From NCBI RefSeq assembly GCF_006345805.1, contig NC_043020.1, positions 9,610,001 to 9,674,000 of the forward strand: a DNA stretch of 64,000 bases, in the 5' to 3' direction. Positions 11,025 to 22,195 of the stretch are shown piece after piece. A model generated the notes under the pieces. It was not told where the DNA came from. It saw only the letters and a program-made list of their open reading frames with translations, and made no database searches. Source of the stretch: Octopus sinensis. Lineage: Eukaryota. The first letter of the stretch is position 1, and the number at the start of each line of letters is the position of its first letter. The position numbers and the translations under genes were made by a program.

Positions 11025-11790
11025 CAGGGTACGGAGAATAAATTGTCGTCTAAATTCCCCGGAAATGAAAATAACACTGACATCTCATTTTAACAGATAT
11101 ATTTACCAAAATTACATAAAAATATCTTGGAATACTAAAGAGTAAATTCATTCAATAAAATCGCCATTGGCTTCGACCATGGCCTCCAGACGACTTTGGA
11201 ATCTCCTGCAACTCTTCTGGACAGTCTCCTTGTTTAAGTTGGTGGATGCTGCCATAATCCTTGCCAAGGAGTTTGTTGGTCTCTCGCTCAACTGCACCCC
11301 ACACATAATAATCAAGGGGGTTGTAGGTTGAGGAGTTAGGGGACCAGATGTAAGGAGTGATGTGATTGCAGAAATTGTCTGACAACCATGACTGGGTTCT
11401 CTTACTTGTGTGGCATGGTACAGAGTCTTGTTGCCAGACATAGGGTCTTCCAGAAACCGTCCTCATGACCCAGGGCAGCACTACCTCTTCCAGGCACTTG
11501 ATGTAGGTCTTTGTGTTGAGTCTGAGGCTGTGTGGGAAGATGAATGGTGGCATAATGTCACCATCACTAGTGATCACTCCAAACACCATGATGTTGACCG
11601 GATGTTTGATTTTTACCACACTCGGTACATGGTTTAGGGACATGCCCTGTCCTCAGATTGACATCCAAACACACTGAAATGTTTGTATTGGACCAAATTT
11701 CTGGCAGAGTGAATTGCATCATGGTGCTGTTTTTCTCACAGACAGTGCCCAACAGACCCTACTATACTGTGTAGTCAACAAAATCAAAAA
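11025..11790 (-). mobile_element. Tc1/mariner DD37D (maT/mori-like) transposase relic with one terminus
   Basis: WQQDSVPCHTSKRTQSWL...NPLDYYVWGAVE with 37 residues between the last two Asp; frameshifted C-terminus; TA|CAGGGT end at 11023-11030. Confidence 0.85.
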
Positions 11791-12668
11791 CAAATGCAAC
11801 GACACCCACAAACATACACTCACACACACACACATATATCTTATATGATGGATTTCGACACAGTGTCCATCTGCCAAATCCAATCACAAAACATTGGCCA
11901 GCCAGAGATTATAAGCTATAATTAGACATTTGCCCAAAGTGCCACACAGTGGGACTGAACCCAAAACCTTGTGATTGCAAAGTGTGTTTATTAACCACAT
12001 AGCCATGCCTGTCAGTCATTACCTGATCTATTTCTATTTTATGTCCCTGTCTTATCGTTAATCTATCTCTTTACTCTTTACTCTTTTACTTGTTTCAGTC
12101 ATTTGACTGTGGCCATGCTGGAGCACTGCCTTTAGTCGAGCAAATCGACCCCCGGGACTTATTCTTTGTAAGCCCAGTACTTATTCTATCGGTCTCTTTG
12201 GCCGAACCGTTAAGTAACGGGGACGTAAACACACCAGCATCGGTTGTCAAGCAATGCTAGGGGGACAAACACAGACACACAAACACATACGCACACATAC
12301 ATATATATACATATATACGACAGGCTTCTTTCAGTTTCCGTCTACCAAATCCACTCACAAGGCATTGGTCGGCCCGGGGCTATAGCAGAAGACACTTGCC
12401 CAAGATGCCTCGCAGTGGGACTGAACCCGGAACCATGTAGTTGGTTAGCAAGCTACTTACCACACAGCCACTCCTGCGCCTATCGTTTATTAAAGTTTTG
12501 GCTAAAACTTATTTTCACCAGCATATGTTGTACAAAATAGACTGAAACTCTAAAATCTATTCTAAAATATGTTACAATATAAAATTATATGACAAATTAT
12601 AATAAATTAAGAGAATTTTATATATTCGTTATGCAAGATTTTTTATGTGAAGTTGTGTGTTGAAACAG

Positions 12669-12938
12669 ATATTGTTGTATTTCGGAATGGTCATTTTGCC
12701 AGTTTAGCCAATAAAAACACACGCACTATATATTTGGTGTTACTTTGCTTCAGTGTTATTTATTTTTTACATTAATCTTAATCTTATTTCGGACAGAGTT
12801 CTTTTGTCACACTCCGAAATAAGATTAAGATTAATGTAAAAAAATAAATAACACTGAAGCAAAGTAACACCAAATATATAGTGCGTGTGTTTTTATTGGC
12901 TAAACTGGCAAAATGACCATTCCTAAATACAACAATAT
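12669..12938. repeat. Fold-back, about 125-bp arms, 19-nt loop
   Basis: 12669-12793 vs 12813-12938. Confidence 0.9.
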
Positions 12939-13389
12939 AATAAAGTATTTTTGAAAAGTCATTTAAATACATGATTTCAAAGGTGATCTCTAGCAAAACG
13001 TCCTTTATCGACCTTGTCTACATTTATATTAATTTGTCATGCTGTTTACCATATTTGATGGCATAAAAGGTGCAAGGGTATATAAGCTCCACGCAGCTCT
13101 GGCAGAAGGAAATGGTGAACTTCTGCTGACTCTTTTGCCACAAATTTCTCTCACTCTTTCCTCCTGTGTCTTGCAGCTCACCTGCGACGGACCGGCGTCC
13201 CGTCCAGGTGGGGAACCTATACGCCAAGGAAACCGGGAAACAGGCTCTTATGAGTCAGGTATGGCTTGAGAAGGAACAAACAAACTCTAACCATTTGGTG
13301 GGGTGAATTGTGTGGCCCTACATAACACTTTGAGGCAGTATTTAGATCATTTCTGAATAGTATGTAGCTTGGTGAAATATTGGTTACTA

Positions 13390-13530
13390 TTAGGTTGTCC
13401 CAAAAGTTCGTAAACACTTGCGAAAATTGAATTTTTACTCGCCAAGTACTAACAAAAACAACAAAAATTATTCCTCAAAATAAAGACCATTATTTTCCAA
13501 GACTTTCTACGAACTTTTGGGACAACCTTA
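13390..13530. mobile_element. 141-bp mariner-type MITE (second copy 34894-35034)
   Basis: TIR TTAGGTTGTCCCAAAAGTTCGTA, TA flanks; two near-identical copies. Confidence 0.85.
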
Positions 13531-13860
13531 TATTAATCATGATATAGTTTAGTCTCCCAGATAAGCTTTATGTACAGGTAGGGAACTTATATGCCAAGGA
13601 AACTGGGAAACCGGCCCTTATGAGCCAGACATAGCTCAAGAAGGAACAAACAATTGTTCTATTGCTGGTGCAACAAAATAGAGCAAAGTCAGCTTTTATT
13701 TATCAGAGGTGGGCCAGATTGGAAAGGCTTTTATGTTGTGCAGGCCAAAGCAGATCAAAAAAACATGAGCCTATAATAAGACAATGCTAAAGAAAAAGCA
13801 GCTTTTTTTTTTTATTTTCTACACACCTCTTGTAATGAAATGTATGTATTATATTTGCAG

Positions 13861-13958
13861 ATCCTCTACTTCCGGAAGAGATTCCTGAAGAAGAGGATGA
13901 AGACAAAGATGAAGCTATAAGATTTTTGGATGCCTTCATGTTGCCTGGGGTTCTTTTG
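13861..13958 (+). CDS. SLC37A3: SLC37A3-like exon (DPLLPEEIPEEEDEDKDEAIRFLDAFMLPGVLL)
   Basis: tttgcag acceptor, ttg|gtgagt donor; AIxFxxAxxLPGV matches the SLC37A family motif. Confidence 0.9.
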
Positions 13959-14173
13959 GTGAGTCTTAATTCGGTACTATTTGACCCTTTAGCAGTCAGG
14001 TTATTCTGTCAAAAATTTAGAAGGTGGATGTCTGTTATCAGTGATGGTATTTTAACAATTTCTCCAAGAGGTCCACATTTCACATTAACATGACTACAGA
14101 AAATGTTTCTATGCCCACCCCCCACCACACTCTCTCTCCCCCTCACACACACACAACATAATCACCATTTAAC

Positions 14174-14391
14174 CCTTTAGTATTTAAACTGGCCATATCC
14201 GGCCAAAATAGTTAATCTGTTTTATGTTCAAACTGACCAGATCCAGGCTCTCACACCTACCCTACAATGTTATTCTACATTAGGTAATTACACCATCAAG
14301 ATCTTGAAGATATGAGATAATGCATAATTAATTCAAATCAATGTGAATCAATAAGCATTGTGTTTGATAGAATAATCTGAACACTAAAGGG
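14174..14391. mobile_element. Second TTAA MITE family (CCCTTTAG TIR); copies also near 5411-5637, 29527-29753, 48295-48523, 53151-53377, 54379-54587
   Basis: ttaa-ccctttag ... ctaaaggg-ttaa, about 220 bp, shared internal sequence. Confidence 0.8.
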
Positions 14392-14523
14392 TTAATGTCT
14401 ATCCTCTGCAGTTATAGATTGTATTAGTTTCCAGAAGAGACTCTGCCTCTAGATCTAAATACTGCCTCATATAATTTTGCTTTCTTTTTTAACATGTTTA
14501 TTTTTTCTGATGTCTTGTTGCAG

Positions 14524-14665
14524 TGTGCCTTTGCGTATGCCTTCCTGAAGCTGGTGAATTACTCTTTCTTCTTTTGGTTACCCCTCTACCTTGACCGCAA
14601 CTTCCACTGGTCAGAGGATACGGCAGACAAGATATCTATCTGGTATGACGTTGGTGGTATTATAG
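14524..14665 (+). CDS. SLC37A3: SLC37A3-like exon (CAFAYAFLKLVNYSFFFWLPLYLDRNFHWSEDTADKISIWYDVGGII)
   Basis: Near-identical to the vertebrate SLC37A3 motif LKLVNYSFFFWLP...ADKLSIWYDVGGIIG; AG/GT boundaries. Confidence 0.97.
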
Positions 14666-16142
14666 GTAAGTTACTAGATTTTAATGAGGCTTTATTGCAT
14701 GTATGTGTGTATGAATGTATGTGTATGTGTGTATAGATAGATAGATAGACAGACAGACATGTATATTCATATAAAGCCTTAAGAGGTGATTTGTAAGCCA
14801 AACTAAAAGGAGAGAAGCTTGTGTGTGTATGAATGTTTGTGTGTGTGTGTGCATGTGTGTTTGTATCATCATCATCATTTAACGTCCGCTTTCCATGCTA
14901 GCATGGGTTGAACGGTTCAACTGGGGTCTGGGAAGCCAGAAGGCTGCACCAGGCCCAGTGTGATCTGGCAGTGTTTCTATGGCTGGATGCCCTTCCTAAC
15001 GCCAACCACTCTGTGAGTGTAGTGGGTGCTTTTTATGTGCCAGACGGGGCTGGCAAACGGCCACGGACGGATGGTGCTCTTTACGTGTCACCGGCACGGA
15101 AGCCAGGCGAGGCTGGCAACGGCCACGAACGGATGGTGCTTTTTACGTGCCACCGGCATGTATGTGAGTATATCCCTCTCTCTCTCTTTCGGAGAGGCAC
15201 TGAGCAGCTATACGCACACATACACACACGGCAGTAACTTCCACCTACCGAATTCAATCACAAAGCTCCGGTCGGCTCGGGGCTATAGAGGAAGACGCCT
15301 ACCCAAAGTGCCACGCAGTGGGATTGAACCCGAAACCATGTAGCTTGGAAGCAAGCTCCCTATATGCCATCAAGGGAAACAGATGTTAAATGATTATGTG
15401 TGTCAGTGTGTGTGTGTATGTATGTGTGTGTGCATGTATGTGTGTGTCTGTGTATGCATGTATCAGATTGTCTAATCATAAAGAAACATTACCGTCACAT
15501 CATACAAGCTGTGATGTCATTTGTTTCTCAACCTTCCTTGACAAGATGAGCATCCCTGACTTTTGAAGCCTGACTCAACACATTTCATTTGACCTTTGTA
15601 AGCATGGGAAGTAGACCAGAAGAAACATTCTTCACAGGATATTTTTTCCAGTGCTCTTATGATTCTTTTGGTCCGAAATTGTAAAGCAGGAATTTGTTCT
15701 GACTGGCTTCTGTGCCGGTGGCACGTAAAAAGCACCAACCGATCGTGGCCACTGCCAGCCTCCCCTGGCACGTAAAAAGCATCCACTACACTCACGGAGT
15801 GGTTGGCGTTAGGAAGGGCGTCCAACTGTAGAAACTCTGTCAGATCAGACTGGAGCCTGGGGCAGCCTCCTGGCTTCTCAGACCCCGGTCGAACCGTCCA
15901 ACCCATGCCAGCATGGAAAACGGACATTAAACAATGATGATGATGATGATCAACCCTAGTGTTTGACTGGTTCTTTATTTTACCAACCCAGGAAGGATGA
16001 AAGACAAAGTTGACTTCGATGGGATTTGAACTCAGAATATAAAGATCCAGAACAAATATAAAAACTTAAGTTTTTGGCATTTAAAAAATTTTTTTACATC
16101 TGTTTCATTTCTTTTATTATTGTTTTGTTCTATCTCTTTCAG

Positions 16143-16168
16143 GTGGAACTGTTGCAGGATATGTATCT
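16143..16168 (+). CDS. SLC37A3: SLC37A3-like 26-nt exon (GGTVAGYVS)
   Basis: ctttcag|...|gtgagt; phases 1 to 0 bridge the flanking exons; matches GGTLQGFISD. Confidence 0.9.
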
Positions 16169-16519
16169 GTGAGTATCACTACTACCGTTGTTGTTTGGCC
16201 TCAGGTCAACCCTGATTAAATAGACCTTGATTTAAAACATTCCAGCCACGATCATCCCTGTAAAGATCTAATTTGTCTAATACTATATTAAACCAGTGTA
16301 ACTTCTCTTTTTCTCAAGACAATATGAGGGTGTATTTTGAGGGAGATTTGACTGCTACTTCTAGTAAATCAAGCAGCCATATAGAGCAATATTTTTCAAC
16401 CCTTTTTTACCTATGGATCCTTTTGATTCCTGTTTTACTCATATGGACCCTCATAACCATTCAGTGCTTAAAAAATTATATTTATATAATTAAAAAAATC
16501 ATTTTATATTTTTATTAGA

Positions 16520-17295
16520 TAGTAGCAGTATTGCCCAGCGTTGCTCGGGTTTGTTTCGACCCTTTAGAATTGGAATTTTTGAAAAGTAAAAATTTTGCAT
16601 TATGTAGCTTGTTATTCTCTTTAAGTGAACATTTTTCTGGTTGAAATACACCGAAAAGTGGCGACACAGCAGTCAAAAAATCATAAAAAATAGGGATTTT
16701 CATAGAAAAAAAAGCAGCTGTTTGATGTAAATAATTCTTGGTATTAACATAGTCTGATTTGAATTTTTTCTTCTACGGAAGGAAAAGCAAGCCTTCTTCT
16801 ATCATACTCTCAATTTTGGTCAACTTGCGCCGCAGGGTCTCGGAGGAGATAGCGTTAGTTGAAGGCTACAAAACCTGCCACACACAGACAACTTTATATA
16901 TATACTAGCAGTATAGCCTGGCATTGCTCGGGTTTGTTTCGACCCTTTAGAATTGGAATTTTTGAAAAGTAAAAATTTTGCATTATGTAGCTTGTTATTC
17001 TCTTTAAGTGAATATTTTTCTGGTTGAAATACACCGAAAAATGGCGACACAGCAGTAAAAAAATCGTAAAAAATAAGGATTTTCATAGAAAAAAAAGCAG
17101 CTGTTTGATGTAAATAATTCTTGGTGTTAACATGGTCTGATTTGAATTTTTTCTTCTACGGAAGGAAGAGCAAGCCTTCTTCTATCATACTCTCAATTTT
17201 GGTCAACTTGCGCCGCAGAGTCTCGGAGGAGATAGTGTTAGTTGAAGGCTACCAAACCTACCATACACAGACAACTTCAGCTTTATATATTTAGA
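16520..17295 (-). mobile_element. Two tandem non-autonomous Helitron copies (about 385 bp each)
   Basis: On -: TC(TATATATAAAG) start, cccgagcaacg hairpin then CTAG end; third copy 48648-49027. Confidence 0.8.
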
Positions 17296-17519
17296 GATTA
17301 TTAGGAATTGCATTTCAAGATTGTTGAAATGTTTTGTGTATTACAGAAGTACAACCAGTTTATTGTATGTTTATTTTAACAAGAAAATCTTATAAGGCCC
17401 CCACAAGGATCATATGAACCCCAGTTTTTTTTATCATTCATCTGTTTTTTTTTTCATTTATTTATATACTTTTGTTATTCTTCTATTTATTTTTGTCTTT
17501 GTATTTTCCAAATGTTCAG

Positions 17520-17595
17520 GATCGTATTGGGAGACGAGGAATCGTAGTTGTACCGATGTTGATTTTCGCTATACCATCTCTTGTTCTCTATTCCT
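17520..17595 (+). CDS. SLC37A3: SLC37A3-like exon (DRIGRRGIVVVPMLIFAIPSLVLYS)
   Basis: ttcag acceptor, t|gtaagt donor; MFS D-R-x-G-R-R motif. Confidence 0.92.
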
Positions 17596-18675
17596 GTAAG
17601 TAATTATTCAATTTATTCACTATTCTTTTATTTTTTTATTTTTTTCTTGTTTCAATCATTTGACTCTGGCCATGCTAAAGCACTGCCTTCAAGGGTTTTT
17701 AGTCAAACAAATCGACCGCATGACATCCTCAGTCATCCAAGACTAGTTATATTACCTGATATGGGGCATTTAGTGTTATTTAATACTTGGCATTGTGTAG
17801 GGATACTATCCTGCAGCAAATAAGAGTGTAAGCAAAACACACACACTATATATATGTGAGGTGTTTAGTAACAGACCATCATAAGCACCAAAGCTTAAAA
17901 ACCAAGAACAATGCAGTCAAAGCTTCACGACTTTCGGAATGTAATATCTTGGCAAGGAATAAAGTCAGGAAGCTGGTTTTAGTCTTAGAGTGACTGTGAA
18001 GACCTCTTCTAATCATTCCACCTTGGTAAAATTATTTATTCATGTATGCATCTGAAAGATGCAACAATAACTGTGTCTTTCTCATTTTGTAGACTATACC
18101 TATTTCTTTATTACCCACAAGGGGCTAAACATAGAGGGGACAAACAAGGACAGACAAAGGTATTAAGTCGATTACATCAACCCCAGTGCGTAACTGGTAC
18201 TCAATCTATCGACCCTGAAAGGATGAAAGGCAAAGTCGACCTTGGCGGAATTTGAGCTCAGAATGCAACGGCAGACGAAATACCGCTAAGCATTTCGCCC
18301 GGCGTGCTAACGGTTCTGCCAGCTCGACGCCTTTTTGTAGACTATACTGGTACTATGAAACAGTGTATCGCATTGCATATTTTAGCCATAATACCTAGAA
18401 AGAAAAAAACATACAGACCCCACCCCCACCCCAGAGGTATTGTTTTTGCTTTAATGCACCAAGGTAAGTATCTTTAAGAGGTAAATTCCATAGTCTTTTC
18501 AAATGGCTAATCATGTGTGCGCGCGCCGCTACTACACACATTGGAAAGCATTGTACAACCAAGCACTAAAGAAGGTCTTTCCTCCTCCATGAAACAAAGC
18601 TGTTCCCGCTGGACGTCAACCCAGTATTTCTAAGCTATGGACCGAGTGATTTATTGTAAGGTTATCTCCCTAGAC

Positions 18676-18876
18676 CAGTGCTTTTCAAACTTTTTGCTGG
18701 AGCGGAACCCCAAGGAAACATTCCACTGGCTCGAGGAACCCCTGTGCAATAATTTAATAGTCTTATGCACACATATCTGCACAGGAGAATTAAAAATTAC
18801 TGTCGATTTTAGCAGTTTTGTAACTTCTTGCGGAACCCCTGGACTGTACTGGCGGAACCCTGGTTGAAAACCACTG
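18676..18876 (+). mobile_element. 201-bp hAT (Charlie-like) MITE
   Basis: CAGTG...CACTG termini, 8-bp TSD CCCTAGAC on both sides. Confidence 0.9.
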
Positions 18877-18949
18877 CCCTAGACAGATTGCCTTCACTGC
18901 AGCTAAGGAGCCCTTTCTACCCCACTGACACAGGTGTTACTGGTTGGAC

Positions 18950-19165
18950 ATTGTTGTAGAGCTGAAAACGAGGCAATTTCTACTCTTCTCCTCTGAAGGC
19001 CATCTGCTCGCGATACCAGAGGGCGCACACTCTCCTACCCTGATGTAATCTCCAGGGATACAGGCATCCAGCAACAGGACCTCCGTAATGCTATGACGGA
19101 CCGTGAAGTCTGGCGTAGCATGGTAAATTCCAATGTCTCGACCACGGTCGAACAATGATGATGAA
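18950..19165 (+). mobile_element. RTE-clade LINE 3' end with (TGA)n tail
   Basis: Conceptual translation ..RGRTLSYPDVISRDTG...AMTDREVWRSMVNS followed by tgatgatga. Confidence 0.65.
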
Positions 19166-19480
19166 TTAAGAGGCAAGTAAGACAAGATAGTAAGATAATA
19201 GCCCATTATCGTTACGATAGTAATGAGGAATATTAGAGAATGAGCCATAACACCTCGAAAAATGATACAGGGACCACACCAAAGTTATTGATTGAGTATG
19301 TGTGCTTACGATGGTGTGTTACTAAACTTTCTGGTCCAAGAATTTGGGTGAGTGAGCGTCATGTCAATAGTGTCAAAGTACAATTTTTTTCAGTTGGATT
19401 TTCGGTCTTATTGCAAGCCTCACCGGTTCTTCCTTCCAACTTTTTCGGATTCTAGACGTCAAGACAAAGAAAATTAAATA

Positions 19481-20270
19481 CTTATTTCTTTATTTAGCCC
19501 ACAAGGGGCTAAACACAGAGGGGACAAACAAGGACATACAAACGGATTAAGTCGATTACATTGACCCCCAGTGTGCAACTGGTACTTTATTTATCGACCC
19601 CGAAAGGATGAAAGGCAAAGTGGACTCGGCAGAATTTGAACTCAGAATGTAAATACAGACAAAATACCTATTTCTTTACTGCCCACAAGGGGCTAAACAC
19701 AGAGGGAACAAACAAACAAGGACATACAAACGGATTAAGTCGATTACATCGCCCCCAGTGTGCAACTGGTACTTAATTTATCGACCCCGAAAGGATGAAA
19801 GGCAAAGTCGACTCGGCAGAATTTGAACTCAGAACGTAGCTGCAGACGAAATACCTATTTCTTTACTACCCACAAGGGGCTAAACACAGAGGGGACAAAC
19901 AAGGACATACAAACATATTAAGTCGATTACATCGACCCCAGTGTGCAACTGGTACTTAATTTATCGACCCCGAAAGGATGAAAGGCAAAGTCGACCTCGG
20001 CGGAATTTGAACTCAGAACGTAACGGCAGATGAAATACCTATTTCTTTACTACCCACAAGGGGCTAAATACAGAGGGGACAAACAAGGACATACAAACGG
20101 ATTAAGTCGATTATATCGACCCCAGTGCGTAACTGGTACTTTATTTATCAACCCCGAAAGGATGAAAGGCAAATTCGACCTCGGCGTAATTTGAACTCAG
20201 AATGTAACGGCAGACGAAATACCGCTGCGCATTCCGTCCGGCGTGCTAACGTTTCTGCCAGCTCGCCGCC
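19481..20270 (-). repeat. Head-to-tail array of four SINE-C bodies (about 184-bp period) with one head
   Basis: caagggg at 19502, 19686, 19871, 20056; junction gacgaaatac|ctatttcttt. Confidence 0.9.
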
Positions 20271-20473
20271 TTGAAAATCAAATACTAACCTCGAAAATGG
20301 CCAGAGTGGCACTTACGACACTCTGTTACTAAACGCATCATGTGTACAACCGATAATATTTACATATGTGTGTCTGTGTGTGTGTGTGTGTGCATGCGTG
20401 TATGCAGCTACATACCTATCTTTCTGCTACAACAAATATTTTAACTGCTATTTCTTGTTTCTACTTTGTCTAG

Positions 20474-20584
20474 ACCTGCCGACCAGTGTCAGTAAAAATA
20501 TGAATGCATTTATCCTGTCGATTTGTGGCTTATTTATTGGCGGTGTTGCTAGTTTGATTAGTGCTGCCATCTCTGCTGATCTAG
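20474..20584 (+). CDS. SLC37A3: SLC37A3-like exon (YLPTSVSKNMNAFILSICGLFIGGVASLISAAISADL)
   Basis: tctag acceptor, g|gtaagt donor; ISAAISADLG family motif. Confidence 0.95.
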
Positions 20585-20616
20585 GTAAGTTAATTAGCAC
20601 TAGTGTACTTTTACCC

Positions 20617-21004
20617 GTGTGGAGGCGCAATGGCCCAGTGGTTAGGGCAGCGGACTCACGGTCGTAGGATCGCGGTTTCGATTCCCAGACCGGGCGTTGT
20701 GAGTGTTTATTGAGCGAAAACACCTAAAGCTCCACGAGGCTCCGGCAGGGGATGGTGGTGATCCCTGCTGTACTCTTTCACCACAACTTTCTCTCACTCT
20801 TACTTCCTGTTTCTGTTGTACCTGTATTTCAAAGGGTCAGCCTTGTCACTCTCTGTGTCACACTGAATATCCCCGAGAACTACGTTAAGGGTACACGTGT
20901 CTGTGGAGTGCTCAACCACTTACACGTTAATTTCACGAGCAGGCTGTTCCGTTGATTCGGATCAACCGGAACCCTCGTCGTCGGAACCGACGGAGTGCTT
21001 CCAA
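20617..21004 (+). mobile_element. tRNA-derived SINE family D, tail type 1 (also 36724-37125 on -, 39266-39652 on -)
   Basis: Head GGAGGCGCAATGGCCCAGTGGTTAGGGC...GTTTCGATTCCC; TSD ACTTTTACC here, and AGGAAGGGCTT at 39255 and 39653. Confidence 0.88.
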
Positions 21005-21089
21005 ACTTTTACCTGTCACCATCACAACCATCATCATCATCTTCATCATCATTTAACATCCACTCTTCCCTGCCTGCATGAGGCAGGTT

Positions 21090-21830
21090 TTCTTATTTCT
21101 TTACTGCCCACAAGGGGCTACACGCGGAGGGGACAAACAAGGACACACAAACGGATTAAGTCGATTATATTGACCCCAGTGTGTAACTGGTACTTAATTT
21201 ATCGACCCCGAAAGGATGAAAGGCAAAGTCGACCTCGGCGGAGTTTGAACTCAGAACGTGAATACAGACAAAATACCTATTTCTTTACTACCCACAAGGG
21301 GCTAAATACAGAGGGGACAAACAAGGACATACAAACGGATTAAGTCGATTATATCGACCCCAGTGCGTAACTGGTACTTAATTTATTGACCCCGAAAGGA
21401 TGAAAGGCAAAGTCGACCTCGGCAGAGTTTGAACTCAGAACGTAAATACAGACAAAATACCTATTTCTTTACTACCCACAAGGGGCTACACGCGGACGGG
21501 ACAAACAAGGACACACAAATGGATTAAGTCGATTATATCGACCCCAGTGCGTAACTGGTACTTAATTTATTGACCCTGAAAGGATTAAAGGCAAAGTCGA
21601 CCTCGGCAGAGTTTGAACTCAGAATGTAAATACAGACAAAATACCTATTTCTTTACTATCCACAAGGGGCTGCACGCGGAGGGGACAAACAAGGACACAC
21701 AAATGGATTAAGTCGATTATATCGACCCCAGTGTGTAACTGGTACTTAATTTATCGACCCCGAAAGGATGAAAGGCAAAGTCGACCTCAGCGGAGTTTGA
21801 ACTCAGAACATAAAGACAGATGAAATACCT
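21090..21830 (-). repeat. Second array of four SINE-C bodies (184-bp period)
   Basis: Units at about 21111, 21295, 21479, 21663. Confidence 0.9.
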
Positions 21831-22100
21831 GTGACTAAGTTTTGGTGTAAGATTTTAATTCAAAACTTACAACTATCATGTTATGTCAAGGCGATGAGAC
21901 ACAAACACACAACCACATACATACACATGTACATGCATTCACACATACACACACACACACAAACATGAAATGAGAGGTGTTCTGGGATGTAATTGTTAAC
22001 ACACCTGATATGTAATAGAAACATGGTTCAAATCTTGCTACTAAACATATTGCTTGTAATTGTGTCTGAATTGACCTTTTTTTTTGTTTTACCTCAACAG

Positions 22101-22195
22101 GACAGCAGAAGACGTTGTCAAAAAACAAGCGGGCTCTTGCAACAGTCACAGGTATCATTGATGGAACAGGTAGTCTCGGTGCAGCTATTGGACAG
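22101..22195 (+). CDS. SLC37A3: SLC37A3-like exon (GQQKTLSKNKRALATVTGIIDGTGSLGAAIGQ)
   Basis: caacag acceptor, cag|gtgag donor; ALATVTGIIDGTGSxGAAxGQ motif. Confidence 0.96.

Noticed and set aside
15517-15927. 136-aa ORF on -
   Set aside because: Family-B repeat read antisense, fused to unidentifiable degenerate sequence
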